Positions 26,220-37,920 of a stretch of 60,000 nt of DNA are shown here, piece by piece (position 1 is the first letter of the stretch; each line of letters begins with the position of its first letter). Below the pieces are notes generated by a model. That model saw only the letters and a program-made list of their open reading frames with translations, was not told the origin of the DNA and made no database searches. The position numbers and the translations under genes were made by a program. Source of the stretch: Callorhinchus milii. Taxonomy: Eukaryota. Location of the stretch: NCBI RefSeq assembly GCF_018977255.1, contig NW_024704742.1:1428001-1488000 (forward strand). Reading direction: 5' to 3'.

Positions 26220-27090
26220 GGATTTAGAGCATGACCGATTCAATGGTGGGTGAAATGCTGATCACAATCACTGACACAGTCTACAGGAAATTTGATCGAA
26301 ACAGGTTTGTGCGGGAATCACACATCCACTTAATTATTGGTCTGTCATTCAATACCTCAGCTACACATTTCCATTCTTGTCTTGTATCAGGAGGAAAATC
26401 GTCAAGCTCACCTTGCACCGTAAATAATTCATACCCAGGAAAGCACACCCAGTGAACGAGATGTCTATTTATAAAGATTCAGCTGGGTCACATTGTTGAC
26501 GGTGAAAAGGGAACATTTCGCCATAGAGTTAGAAAACAAAAAAGAGGTTCCAAACATTATACTGACCTACGATCCATCTTATGCTGTGATTATTAAAAGT
26601 CACAATCAAAGCCCCCCCACTGCCTCTCCACCCACCGAACAGAATCATCATTAATGCTTTGTTTCGTATAAGAAATTTCTGTAAAATTCCCAAAGTACAC
26701 ACCTGCATCCTGTTAGTTAGGGGGTCGGGGAAAGTAAACAATTGTTCTAAGAGCGGCCTTTGTCCTTTAGCAACTCTTCTGAAATTCTTTCCATGCTTTG
26801 GAATAAATGATAGATGACCTTCCTGGCAACGCAGACTCGTAGAAAAATACAGGGTGTTCTTCTGCAGACAATGACATCAGGATCCAGTTTGTGTAAGAAT
26901 CTCACAATATTGTTTATACGTTCCTGAGATTACGCATTTGCTTCTATGGTGTTCCCTCTTGGGAGTGAAAGTGCACGTTTTTGATGGTTGTGGAATTTCT
27001 TGTTTTTGTCAGGCAAACAGATTTCACTGCGTGCCTTTCGAAGGTCATGCGCTACCATTTCGAACAATGCTGCTTCAAATGGAAGTATTT
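26220..27090 (-). pseudogene. Putative fossil ORF of unknown origin
   Basis: Frameshifted protein-like blocks ILPFEAALFEMVAHDLRKARSEI..., ERINNIVRFLHKLDPDVIVC and RHLVHWVCFPGYELFTVQGELDDFPPDTRQEWKCVAEVLNDRPIIKW. Confidence 0.45.
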
Positions 27091-27749
27091 CTATAAATAA
27101 TTATGAACGCTAGTCGAGCAGTTGAAAATGAACCTTGTGTTCAGTCTTTCTTTCCATGCAAAGTTACCGGGTAATTAAACTGAAGAACAGTAGTACCAGA
27201 TAGGGCACAGATTACTGGAGTAGGACACAGAGTACCAGAGTAATACAGGGGAAGATATTCTTATCACCTTCTCAATTAAGTGGGAACTTGGTATCCAATT
27301 CAATCCGAATCATGAGCACTTGTTCTATATTTGGAGGAGTTCTCTTCTTTTTCACATCCCTCTCACGCTCTTGTACCTGATATAGTACGTGTTTGTCAGG
27401 TGCATTGTCGGTCCTGAAAGTAGAAGGAAATGTTCTTGGCTTGATAACTTCTTTTCTTAATAACTCTGCTGATTACCAGGCCAATAATGAATATTCAAAG
27501 GCATCAACAACCATCGCCAAGGCACCTCTTGTGATGTGGCTCATCCCGCCTACAGCTCTGGAACATAGGACTGAATGCACAGGAGGACAAGATCAGAAAT
27601 TCCTCAGCCTGCTGTGTTACACAGAAAATACAGTCAGTCTGCATTTTGTAAATCGTGTGTGATTTCTCTATTTGTGAAGGACAGTATGATGTATAACAAC
27701 TTGACCCCCGAGACAGGGAAAACACAAAGAATACCTTGGTTCTTTGATG

Positions 27750-28408
27750 TTTAAGCCTTTCTTTGAAGGTGATTGAGGTAGAGATGGCCTTCTTAAACAT
27801 GTCATTAGAACGCTAGATGTCATTTTCTCCAAGGAATCACGTCATTGCTTTCAACAAGACGGTTTGCTCAGATCCCAGTTTCAGAAGGTACCAGCTGAAG
27901 AAGTAACCAAAGTAGCTATGTTCCAAAAATCTACTGTGTAAGAAGCTCTCACATCCCCTTAGTACCACAGAGGCTACAAACCACTGGTACATGCACGTTT
28001 CATGTGGTACTGATTTGGCTTTCAAGAAACATCAAAGAGCAATTTCAGGTTTCTGATCAAGTCCCAGTACATTCCTGGGAAATTTATATCCAGTTACTTC
28101 ATGGGCACTGTAGTGTTTGATATTCCATTTGCGTCGATCGTAAAATACACCAATGATTGAGAACAAAAATGACCAAATTCAAACGTGTTGATGAAATCCT
28201 GCCAATACAGGTGCTTTTGCCATTTGCAGTGGAGTTATACGGCAAGTTAGACAAGAAGGCAAAGAACTTATTCCACAAATGCACTAACAGTATTGTTTGA
28301 AGCACACACAAGCAGCATCCAAAGAAAACAATAGCTCGGGGTTTGCTTTGCTCTCAATGTAGATTAAAGTTGCGATGTCTCATCAATAAGTGGATGGAAT
28401 CTTCTTAA
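27750..28408 (+). pseudogene. Putative fossil ORF of unknown origin
   Basis: Blocks GLLKHVIRTLDVIFSKESRHCFQQDGLLRSQFQKVPAEEVTKVAMFQK and MTKFKRVDEILPIQVLLPFAVELYGKLDKKAKNLF...CSQCRLKLRCLINKWMESS*. Confidence 0.4.
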
Positions 28409-29160
28409 AAGACATGAAAGGAATGATAGTTAGCCTGCTCTTTACTCCGACTTCACTTTCTGCAGAATTGCATGAACTTACAGCATGGAAACAGGCTATT
28501 CAGCCTAATTAATTTGTGCCAGTGTTTATACTCCACAAGCCTTCACATATCCTAATTCATTCTATTGCCTTCTCTTTCATCTATGCATCAAGTTACCTCT
28601 TAAATGCATTGGTGCTTTCTGCTTCAACCACTGCTGCCGGCTGTGAGGTTTTGTAATGGTCTGACACTCAAAATGGGACCAATCAGGCAAAATAGGAATA
28701 GTGCCACAACACCAAACATGAGCTTGTCCTCCTGAAATTGGTCCGAGAGCTGCTATAGATCTTCAGCAAAAAAGCTACCAAGCCAGGGGCATCTTTAGCC
28801 ACTTCAGGAATACATTTCCTAGTTCTATTTTGGAAGATTATTGAAGTCCTTGTGCGAAGGCAGTGACGTTAAAACTGATCAACTCTTGTTGCCACAAGGT
28901 GGAGTGGGGTCTGCCATGTATAGAAAAGTACATTCAAAACATTCAGTATATTGAAATAATCATTTACCCCCCAAAAAAATTAAATAATATTGGATGAAAA
29001 ATGACCATTTTTCATGCACTGATCTCTGTGTTGGAAGGACAGGAGTCCTGGAGCTCAGGGGTTAGAGCACTCACTCTCACAAGCGAGAGACCGAGGTTCG
29101 ATTCCCGGGCAGGGCGAAACACTGGGCACGTTCCCTTACTCCACACACCTCTGTTTACCT

Positions 29161-29835
29161 ACAACAACATCAACAACAACAAGATTCCATTTATAGAGCG
29201 CCTTTCACGTCGGGAGGACGTCCCAAAGCGCTGGACAGTTGGGTCAGGACCCGAGCATTGGGGGTGAAATGATCAGGGTGAGGGGAGGGAAGGGAGGGAG
29301 CGAGGAGGGGGGAAATGGTGAGGGTGAGGGGAGGGAAGGGAGGGAGCGAGGAGGGGGAAATGGTGAGGGTGAGGGGAGGGAAGGGAGGGAGTGAGGAGGG
29401 GGGAAATGGTCAGGGTGAGGGGAGGGAAGGGAGGGAGCGAGGAGGGGGGAAATGGTGAGGGTGAGGGGAGGGAAGGGAGGGAGCGAGGAGGGGGGAAATG
29501 GTCAGGGTGAGGGAGGGAAGGGAGGGGCGAGGAGGGGAAGAGAGTCGAGAGGGAACTGAAGGCACGGTCAAAGAGAAAGGTCTTGAGACCGGCCTTGAAG
29601 GAGGAAAGGGAGGAAGCGGCGAAGGCACTGGGGGATGGAGTTCCAGAGCCTCGCGGCTGAGAGGCTGAAGGCCCGGCCACCGATGGTAGGGCAGTTGGGG
29701 CGGGGGATGTGGAGCAGACCGGAGCCAGAGGAACGGAGGGTACGGGCAGGCAGGTAGGGGGATAGTAGGTCGGAGAGGAAGGAGAGAGCGAGGCCGTGAA
29801 TGGCCTTGTAGGCGAGGATGAGGATCTTGAATTCG
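29161..29835 (-). mobile_element. L2 LINE 3' end
   Basis: FKILILAYKAIHGLA...IGGRAFS motifs; (GTT)-type tail at 29161-29180. Confidence 0.92.
29274..29540. repeat. G-rich minisatellite, ~45-46 bp unit, nearly 6 copies
   Basis: Unit AGGGTGAGGGGAGGGAAGGGAGGGAGCGAGGAGGGGGGAAATGGTS. Confidence 0.95.
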
Positions 29836-30244
29836 AGCGGCAAATAGGAACCTGGTAGTTAGTGGATCGCTTTTCCGAGGGTGATGATTTCTTCAAAAAA
29901 ATAAAATAATATATTGGGGACTGTTTGTGGGACGCTGCTGTGCATAATTGGCTGCTGCGTTTCGCCCCACACAAAATATGCAGTCAATTCACTTTACGGT
30001 ATATTTTGTGAAGGGCTCTGAGACGTCGCGAGGATGCGATAAGGCGCAATATCAAATGCAAGGATTATGATTCTGTTTTGGAATGATTATCTCCAGTAGA
30101 AATCCTGACAAAATATGGTTTGCCGTCGTGCAGAATGACTCAACCATCACCCAGGCTGAGACCAGGTAACTCCACACACACCAGAGCTTAACCCGAAGAC
30201 CTTCTGCTCTGAACGGTACAACACACATCATGACACCCCGGATG

Positions 30245-30385
30245 AAATAATAATAATCGTCCAATTTGATATAGAGCCTTATCACATCTTCGAGACGTCT
30301 CAAAGCGCTTCACAGAATATACCGTAAAGTGGAGTGACTGTTTATTTTGTGGGCGCAACGTGACAGCCAATTGCGCACAGCCACG
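30245..30385 (-). mobile_element. SINE 3' part
   Basis: Reverse complement of the tail and body. Confidence 0.85.
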
Positions 30386-30959
30386 CAAAAGGTGGTGAGT
30401 GAACCGCAACTGCACTTGAACCCTCAGCCATTTCCGAGGTAAGTCTAGGAAGTCCTGAGGAAATATTTTCTTTTGATTCCATTTCTAAGAAAAAGTTTTT
30501 TTTTAAAAAAACACTTTTTTTTGTGTTTTTGGGGTAGTCAGCCCCGGGATTGACCCCCTCGGATTCTCTAAGGTTCCAGCCAGAGCTGCAAGGCCGGGTA
30601 ATAAGGGAGCGATTGGGAGGCAAGCAGTGAATGAGAAAGAGATCCAAGATTGAGGATCGCTGGGATACGGGGAAAAACAAACAAACACAAAATACATCTT
30701 CATTATTAGATTTCCAGGACACAGGAGAGGAGACTGATTTGAACAGTAAATGATGCCCCTGGGATTTCCCTTCCCTTTCAGCATCCAAATGAAATCTGGA
30801 TTGTGCTAAGAGGCCATAGCAACTAAAGCATTCCAGGACCATCTGCTAACTAAAAGTATCATGAGATTATTCCGTGTTTAGCGATGGTATGGATGTTGCA
30901 GCAATTTTGAACAGTATTATCAACATGAGTCAATTTGTTTTGAACTTAAGAATTAAACG

Positions 30960-31362
30960 AAGATAATAATAACTGTAATGATAATAATAAAAATAATCCT
31001 TGCATTTGATATAGCGCTTTTCACGGCTTCTCGATGTCTCAAAGCGCTTCACAGAATAGACTGCAAAGTGAATTGACTGTATATTTGTGGGCAAAACGCG
31101 GCAGCCAATTGCGCACAGCAGCGTCCCCACAAACAGTCATGGATTTAAATGACCAATTAATTTATTATTGATTTTTGTTTGAGAGATTATTATCAGACGT
31201 GTGGAGTGAGGAAACTTGCCCAAGGTTTCACCCTGCCAATTGCAAGTAATATTTAAATTTATTGGTGGAACCCGGTAGCTTTGTGGTTAGAGCACTCGCC
31301 TCGCAAGCGAGAGAAAGACCTGGGTTTGGTTACCGGCAGGGCAAAACGTTGGGCAAGTTTCC
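30960..31362. mobile_element. Head-to-head SINE pair: minus copy 30960-31238 and plus head 31267-31362
   Basis: GGAAACTTGCCCAAGGTTTCACCCTGCC is inverted relative to GGCAGGGCAAAACGTTGGGCAAGTTTCC. Confidence 0.85.
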
Positions 31363-32045
31363 TCCCTCTACTCCTCTATCTCACCCCCTCTCCATTCATA
31401 ATCCCACCTAAAAACCTACTTCTTCAACTGTGTCTATAGTCACCTCTCCTTCCTCCCTTGCTCGATATCTGACACGGCCCCTGTATACCGCTCTGAGATG
31501 TTATCCGAAGTGAAAGGCGCTATATAAATTCAAGTTATTATTCTTGCTGTGTTTGCCTACAAATACACAGTCACTACACTTGATAATAATTACCTGTGAA
31601 GCTCCTTGAGGTATGTTTTGACCTGATGGTGCCATATGAAGTGCACAGAAATTAGTTCACGTTATATTAGTTATAACATTCATCTGAAAAAGCAGCCAGT
31701 GGAAAAGATAATGCGATATTAATTTCACAGCGCATTTGGCACAGCACATGGGCTCTGTGTGGTAAAGGAATTGTCGAGAACTTAACAGACGTACAGTTTT
31801 TGATGTTGTATTTATCCTGTGAGTCAACCACTGTGTTTCTATTGCCTTTAGTGCAATGGAGTACCTTGAAGCTGCCAGATTTGATGGCTTCAGTGATGTC
31901 TTTGGTGGGATCTGACTGTTCAATTAAAACATGAAATATGATTGCTGTTAACACGAATGCTGACCATGGTCAGAAATGGGAAGCAGAATATTTGAAAGCC
32001 CCGACCTGTCCCTTACAGGATTTGCAGTTGAACCTCACTATGATG

Positions 32046-32286
32046 AGTTTCCTTACTCCACACAGAGCCTAATAATAATCCCTCCAAAACCAAAAACAAT
32101 AATAAATTGGTCATTTTCAATCTACGACTGTTTGTGGGACATTGCTGTGCGCAATTGGCTGCAGCGTTTGCCCACAAATATATAGTCAATTCACTTTACA
32201 GTGTGTTCCGTGAAGCGCTTTGGGACGTCCTCCCGACGTGAAAAGCGCTATATCAAATGCAAGGATTATTATTATTATTATTATTA
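32046..32286 (+). mobile_element. SINE, 5'-truncated, same subfamily as 425-742
   Basis: Shares the diagnostic ACACAGAGCCTAATAATA-TCCCTCCAAAAC segment. Confidence 0.9.
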
Positions 32287-35200
32287 TGGAGGGCATTGAA
32301 GGTGAGGACCAGGATCTTGAACCTCTGTGTGATGGGAAGCTGGTGGAGTCGAGCGAGGATGGGAGTGATGGTAATGAGGTTTACACTTTGGGAGTGGGGG
32401 AAATTTGAAAGATTGATCAGGATACGAAAAACAATAAAATCATTGAAATGTAAGACCCAGTAGGAGCCATTTGACCCATTGTAGTAGTATTGCTGTTTGC
32501 CTCTCCATTGAAGCCATCCATTCAAACCCCAACTCCTTGCTTCTTCCCCATGTAATGCACATTTGTCTCTGGAGACAAACTTATAGTGCAGAAGCGATGC
32601 CGATACCATCAAAGTTCTGCTCTTTCTAAAACGAGGTAATGCTATTTAATTTATCCTGTATCAACTGACTGATTCAGTCATTTCCTTACTTTTTATTAGC
32701 TTTCTCCTCTCCGTTGTGGGGAGCAGATGGCGTCTAATTAAATTCTGCCTCCCAACAATTCCAGCTTCTCCTCCAGTGTGGTCAGAGTTTTACTTTCTCT
32801 GCTCTGAATATAAATGATTTTACTTTCATTCCTGCAGGATCCTTTTTCCAATCCTCGTGCCGCTGCTGTTTGCTGGAATGCTCTCCCTTGTCCTCAGTCC
32901 ATTTCCTTGTTGTGCAGTTAACCCTTTGCTTCCTGCGTTTTTCGCTTGAACACGATTCCTGTTTAAGTAGCAGAAGGAGGCCATTCAGCCCATCGAGTCC
33001 GCACCAACTCTCATAGCAAGCACAAGTGCTGGTGGCTGCAACTTTTGACCCAGACCTCGACAGTACACCTATAATGACAGCTGATGGACTGGCTTATTCT
33101 TTATTGCGCTGCATTAGTATTTTCATGTACTGTTATGTTTGTACTCTGAGGATAAACTGACTTCTTCAAGGAGCAGGTGGTAATTATGACAACCAAGTGC
33201 ACAGCCACCCTAGCGCTTTTAACATCACGGCTGTTTTTGTTGGCCTGTCACCACTTTTATTTTAGCGAACCATTTTCTTTTCTCCCGTGCGTTTACAGCA
33301 GTGGAGAGGTTTTGCTCTGTCACCGCTCTGAAGTAGCCCAGCTTTTTTTCCTGGTTCTGCCTCTCTGTGGCTGGTCAATTTAGTCACTTTAGTTCCATAA
33401 AAACTTTGGTTCGTTTTTATTGTTTTGAAGCTTTATAAATCTACAATAATAACAAACGGTCTTGCCAAGAGAAAGAGCTGGATCCTGGGACTTTACAAAC
33501 AGATGTGTGGCGAAGTGAGCAATTCACTCTTTCTTCAAAGGGAGGGAGCAGTGTTCACATCAGCAACAACTTGCATTTATGTCACGACCTCCACATATAG
33601 CATACAGTCTTGGCATGCCTCACTATGGCGTGGTTGGACCGTGAGCAAGGAAGAGAGGTGGGGCAGGTAAGGAGGAGCGATGAGCATTGGTGAGGTTGAA
33701 GAGATAGGTGTAAGGCAGAAGTTAAAGACTGAGGAACACAGGAACAAGAATAGGTCATTCAGCCCCAATAATAGTAATAATTTGGTCACTCAATCCACGA
33801 CTGTTTGTGAGACCTGCTGTGCACAATTGGCTCCTGCATTTTCCCAATTGAGGATTGGACATGTTGGGAGAGGCATGGAGGTGAACGATTTGAAGATCAG
33901 GATGAAGATGTTGAAGTTGATCTATGCTTTAGATGTTCCACCTATGGGGTGAGAATTCTCACCCTGACAACCCAGTGGCACACGACAACACCCTCAAAGA
34001 AAAAATGGACTTTCCACCCCCTTATTCCAACAATACTTTTGCTCTAATGTTCCCAAACACCCATGCACTTGATGGTGCTCTCTGGTTTTGTCTTTGGGAA
34101 AAAGACTTTTAATGTTATGCGTGAGTGTAAGTAAGTTGCTCAGCAGGAAAAAATGTACAATTGAGTTTAATGAGTACAGGATAGGTTTGTGGTATTTTGT
34201 ATTAAGTTCATGTACTTCTGCCAGTGAAATTGCCCGGTAAGAATTGTAATGTGTTTTGCCTTTCTGCTCCATCTTCCTTATCGTGTAAATTTCATACATT
34301 CAACACTCAGGCTCAGTAGTGAAAAGGATTCCTAACAGAGCTTTGTATTAAAATTTTTCAAGCTATCCAAAGTACTGCCGTTGATTTATGCTAACTAGAA
34401 GATGAATATTGAGTTGTTAAACTGATCCATTAAGAGCAATAATTACAGACAGAACATGTTCGCACGTTTCAGGGAGTTTCTTAGATTGGGTTTGATACCA
34501 TCACCCGGAATTGGTTGGCTGAAGGCAAAGATTTGCAAAGATTTACAAAGGATGTACAGCACGGAAACATTGCACTCGTTCCAACCAGTTCATGCTGGTG
34601 TTTATTCTCCATGTGAGTTTCCATTCTCCATACTCCCTCCCATACCTTTCTGTATCCCTCTCCCTCATGTGAAGGTCTAGCTTCCTTTTGAATGTACCTA
34701 CACTATCTGATGATTCAACCATTGCTTTGGGCAGCAAGTTCCACAACTGTTGGTGCACATGGATTTAAAATATCTTTCCTCTGAGTATCAGATAAAATTA
34801 ATGATTATACTTTGGGATATCTTAATTCTGATCAAGCGGCAATGTTTGCTTGGCTGAATGAAAGCAAAACTGCTGCTAAATGTTGATCAGTGTTGTGCTT
34901 CAGGTGTTGTCCTTCACCAGCGCTGAGATAATTGAGCTGGAGAAACCTTGTAGGACTCAGAAAGGATAAGAGTGAGAGAACAAGTGGGAAGAAATTAACA
35001 TCCGTCAAGGCTTTTAATATAGGCATAGTTGGTTCCAGGGAGGTGGGGGTGGGGGGTGTGGCGGGGGGGGGGGGGGGGAGGAATCCTCCTAATCAGCTCC
35101 TGTTAACCCTGCAAGCCAAAGCGCTATCTGGTCAGGTGTCCTAGCTGGACAAGCAGCGGGACAGAGAGTGTTCTTAATAGCAAGATAAGTGGCTTTAGCT

Positions 35201-36067
35201 TGTTAACATGTAGTCTGTGGTCCCCAAGCCTCGGCTCTCGTCAAACCCACTGAATACTCTCTAGAAATAGAAAAACAGTAACTGGACTACTGAGAGCGCC
35301 ACAGAGAATTGACTCGATTCCATCACTGAGATGCCAAGCATGTTACCTTGGTGAAAACTCAACCCCAAGGAGACCCTGCTTTCCTCACCCTCCCCCAGGA
35401 GGACATTCACTAGTTTGTGCCCCTTTAAATTAACTGTCCTCAAGCATCAAAGCTATTAAAACAATTCCCTGATGAATTGTGGTGTCTGAGGTAAACCATT
35501 TGACCCTTTCTGTGTACAGGAGTCAGTCCAAGGAGGAACTGAAAGTTCATTGACTTGGTAAACTTCCTGCAGATGTACTTTCTTTTTTATGTCTTCATTT
35601 CTTTGTAAGTGGAGCAATGTGAAATGCGGAATTAGTCATTCATTGCACAATACTGATAGATGAGTAACTCGCAGTAATCCCCATATGAGTCACTAGATCC
35701 TCTTTTTTGTAAGTCACTGGCAATTACAATGATAATTGTTTTTGGACAGCAAGTTATTTATAAAGACCAGTCAAAATCAGCTTTTATGTTTTGGTTGATC
35801 TATTTTCCCTTTCAAATAGTACAAACCTCAACAATGATACTTAAACACGGGGGTAAATCAGAATCAAGTCTGATCCTGTCTTCACCTGGCATCCGCAGAC
35901 ACACTCCTTTCAGCAGGAATTCCTGGAATGCAAGAGAGGTCCGTGACTGACTTTCCCCTCTCTAACTCAGGTCACAAAAGACACTTGGACCTCCTTGACT
36001 ACTTATTCAGACGAGACCAGGAAACTCAGCACAGACTGGGATTTGATCGTAGGACTTGGGATCATTT

Positions 36068-36495
36068 GTGTCAGCTTGGTTTATGGGTACACTCTCGCCT
36101 CTGGGCAAGAAGGTTGTGGGTTCAAATTCCACATCGGGATTTGAACCCACAGGGTCTAAGCTGACACTCCAATGCAGCACTGGGGGGGGGTTGTTGCACT
36201 GTTGGAGGTGACGTCCTTCAGATGAAATGTTAAACCGAAGTCCTGTCTGCCTGTTGAAGATCCCATGGCGCCATTTGAAAAGAGAAGGGAGTTTCTACCG
36301 GTGTTCTGGCCAACAATCCCCCAAATAAAATTGGTCACTCACTCTATGGCTGTGGCATTTGTGCTCTCGCGTTTGCCTATAAATACTGTCACTCCATTTC
36401 AAGGAAAATCCTGTGAAGCATTTCAGATGTTCTTCCGATGTGCTAAGGCACTATTCTAAATGCAAGGATTATTATTATTATTATTATTGTTATTA
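36068..36495 (+). mobile_element. DeuSINE, near full length
   Basis: Head ACTCTCGCCTCTG...AGAAGGTTGTGGGTTCAAATTCC, Deu domain, and (TAT)n tail. Other fragments lie at about 12620-12760 (-), 49200-49467 and 51575-51870. Confidence 0.8.
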
Positions 36496-37004
36496 TCTGT
36501 ATGGTTCAGTGCAGCACCAATTTCTTACTAGGCTAAAAGTGGAGGCGTAGTAACTGTGTTCAATGACAATGCGTGTCAACAAACTATTCTGTAGAGGACT
36601 AATATTCCCTTCCTCGGCCAGGACACTGAAGCCAGTTCTACAGCCCTAATGCAATAGAGGTTGATGCCAGGTTGTTCTGTAGAGACTGAAATTTAGGACC
36701 TTCCCAAATGGAATGTCTCGGTTACTGCAATAAATTAATAAAATATTATACTTGTGCTTAATGTAGCGCTTCAAATGTTGAGAAATCTTTCAAAGTGATT
36801 CATTGGTAATTTCTGTCAAGCGTAGTGAATATATTTGTTGGAGCTGTCTCCCTAAATCCTTGCTCTCTCCCTTCCTGCTTTCAAAATACTGCTAAAAACC
36901 TATCTCTCTGACTGCACCTTTGGCCTTTTCCAGTCGATCTGCCATCTTGTCTCGTCAAGACATCCTCCTATGTAGAAGGTGCTATGTAAATGTAAGTTGT
37001 GTTA

Positions 37005-37920
37005 TCCTCCATACCTCAGGCACTGACAGCATCACCATCTAAGGATACACACTCTACCTTACTAAGCCAGTCCGGGATTGACGTCTTGTTTGACTGTCAC
37101 AGCTATATTGCTTGGATACTGTCAATGTCTTCACTCCTGCGGATCTAAACTCCTCAACCTCCCTGGGCTCTCCCTCAGACTCACCAAACCAGTGCGCAAT
37201 TTAGGTGCCTGGTTGGTCCCCCGACTGTCCTTCCTCCCCCACATCCGGTTCCTGTCCAGGACCGCTTTCTTCCACCTTCGCCACATTTCCCGCCTCTGAC
37301 CGTACCTTACCCCAAATGCAGCTGAAACCCTCGTGCACGCGTTTGTCACCTCCCGCCTGGATTACTCAAACGCACTCCTCGCCGATCTCCCCAACTCCAC
37401 CATTCACAAGATCAGCTCATTCAGAACTCTGCCGCCCGCGTACTGATCTGGAACAAACTCCCTACCCACATCTCACCAGTTCTGGCCCTGGCTCCACTGG
37501 CTCCCCATCACAGAATGGATCGACTTCAAGATCCTCTCACTCTCGTGTTCAAATCCCTTCACTCTCTGGTACCTCCCTCCCTCTCCGACCTCCTCACTCC
37601 CCAAGCCACCACCTGACGCCGGCCTCAACTGGCACCGGCTCCTTCTTCTCCCTCACACCCTCCGCCCCACAATTGGAGGTCGTGCTTTCAGCTGCTATGC
37701 CCCACAACTCTGGAACACTTTCCCTCAATCTCTCCGCCTTGCCCCCTTTCTCCCCTCTTTCAAAGCCCACCCGAAAACTTTCCTGTTTGGCCGTGTTTAC
37801 AGCCACCTTCCACCCTCCCCACTCCCCCTTCCCCCAGCTCGAAGTCAGGCTCTGCCACTTTTAAGAGCTCTGAGACACTACTCTACATGGAGGACGTTAT
37901 ATAAGCGCAAGCTGTTGTTC
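37005..37920 (+). mobile_element. L2 LINE 3' kilobase
   Basis: VRNLGAWL...AFFHLRHISRL and LHWLP motifs, with tail TATAAGCGCAAGCTGTTG. Confidence 0.92.

Larger units (their letters stand above)
29042..30070 (+). mobile_element. tRNA-derived SINE split by an antisense L2 insertion
   Basis: Head at 29042-29160 ends CTGTTTACC; the body resumes near 29842 (AAATAGGAACC) and runs to the tail. Confidence 0.9.

Noticed and set aside
29274..29540. Regularly spaced repeats as a CRISPR-like array
   Set aside because: No unique spacers; a contiguous tandem array in eukaryotic DNA.
29273..29974. 233-aa Pro/Ser-rich ORF
   Set aside because: Read-through of SINE, L2 and minisatellite sequence.
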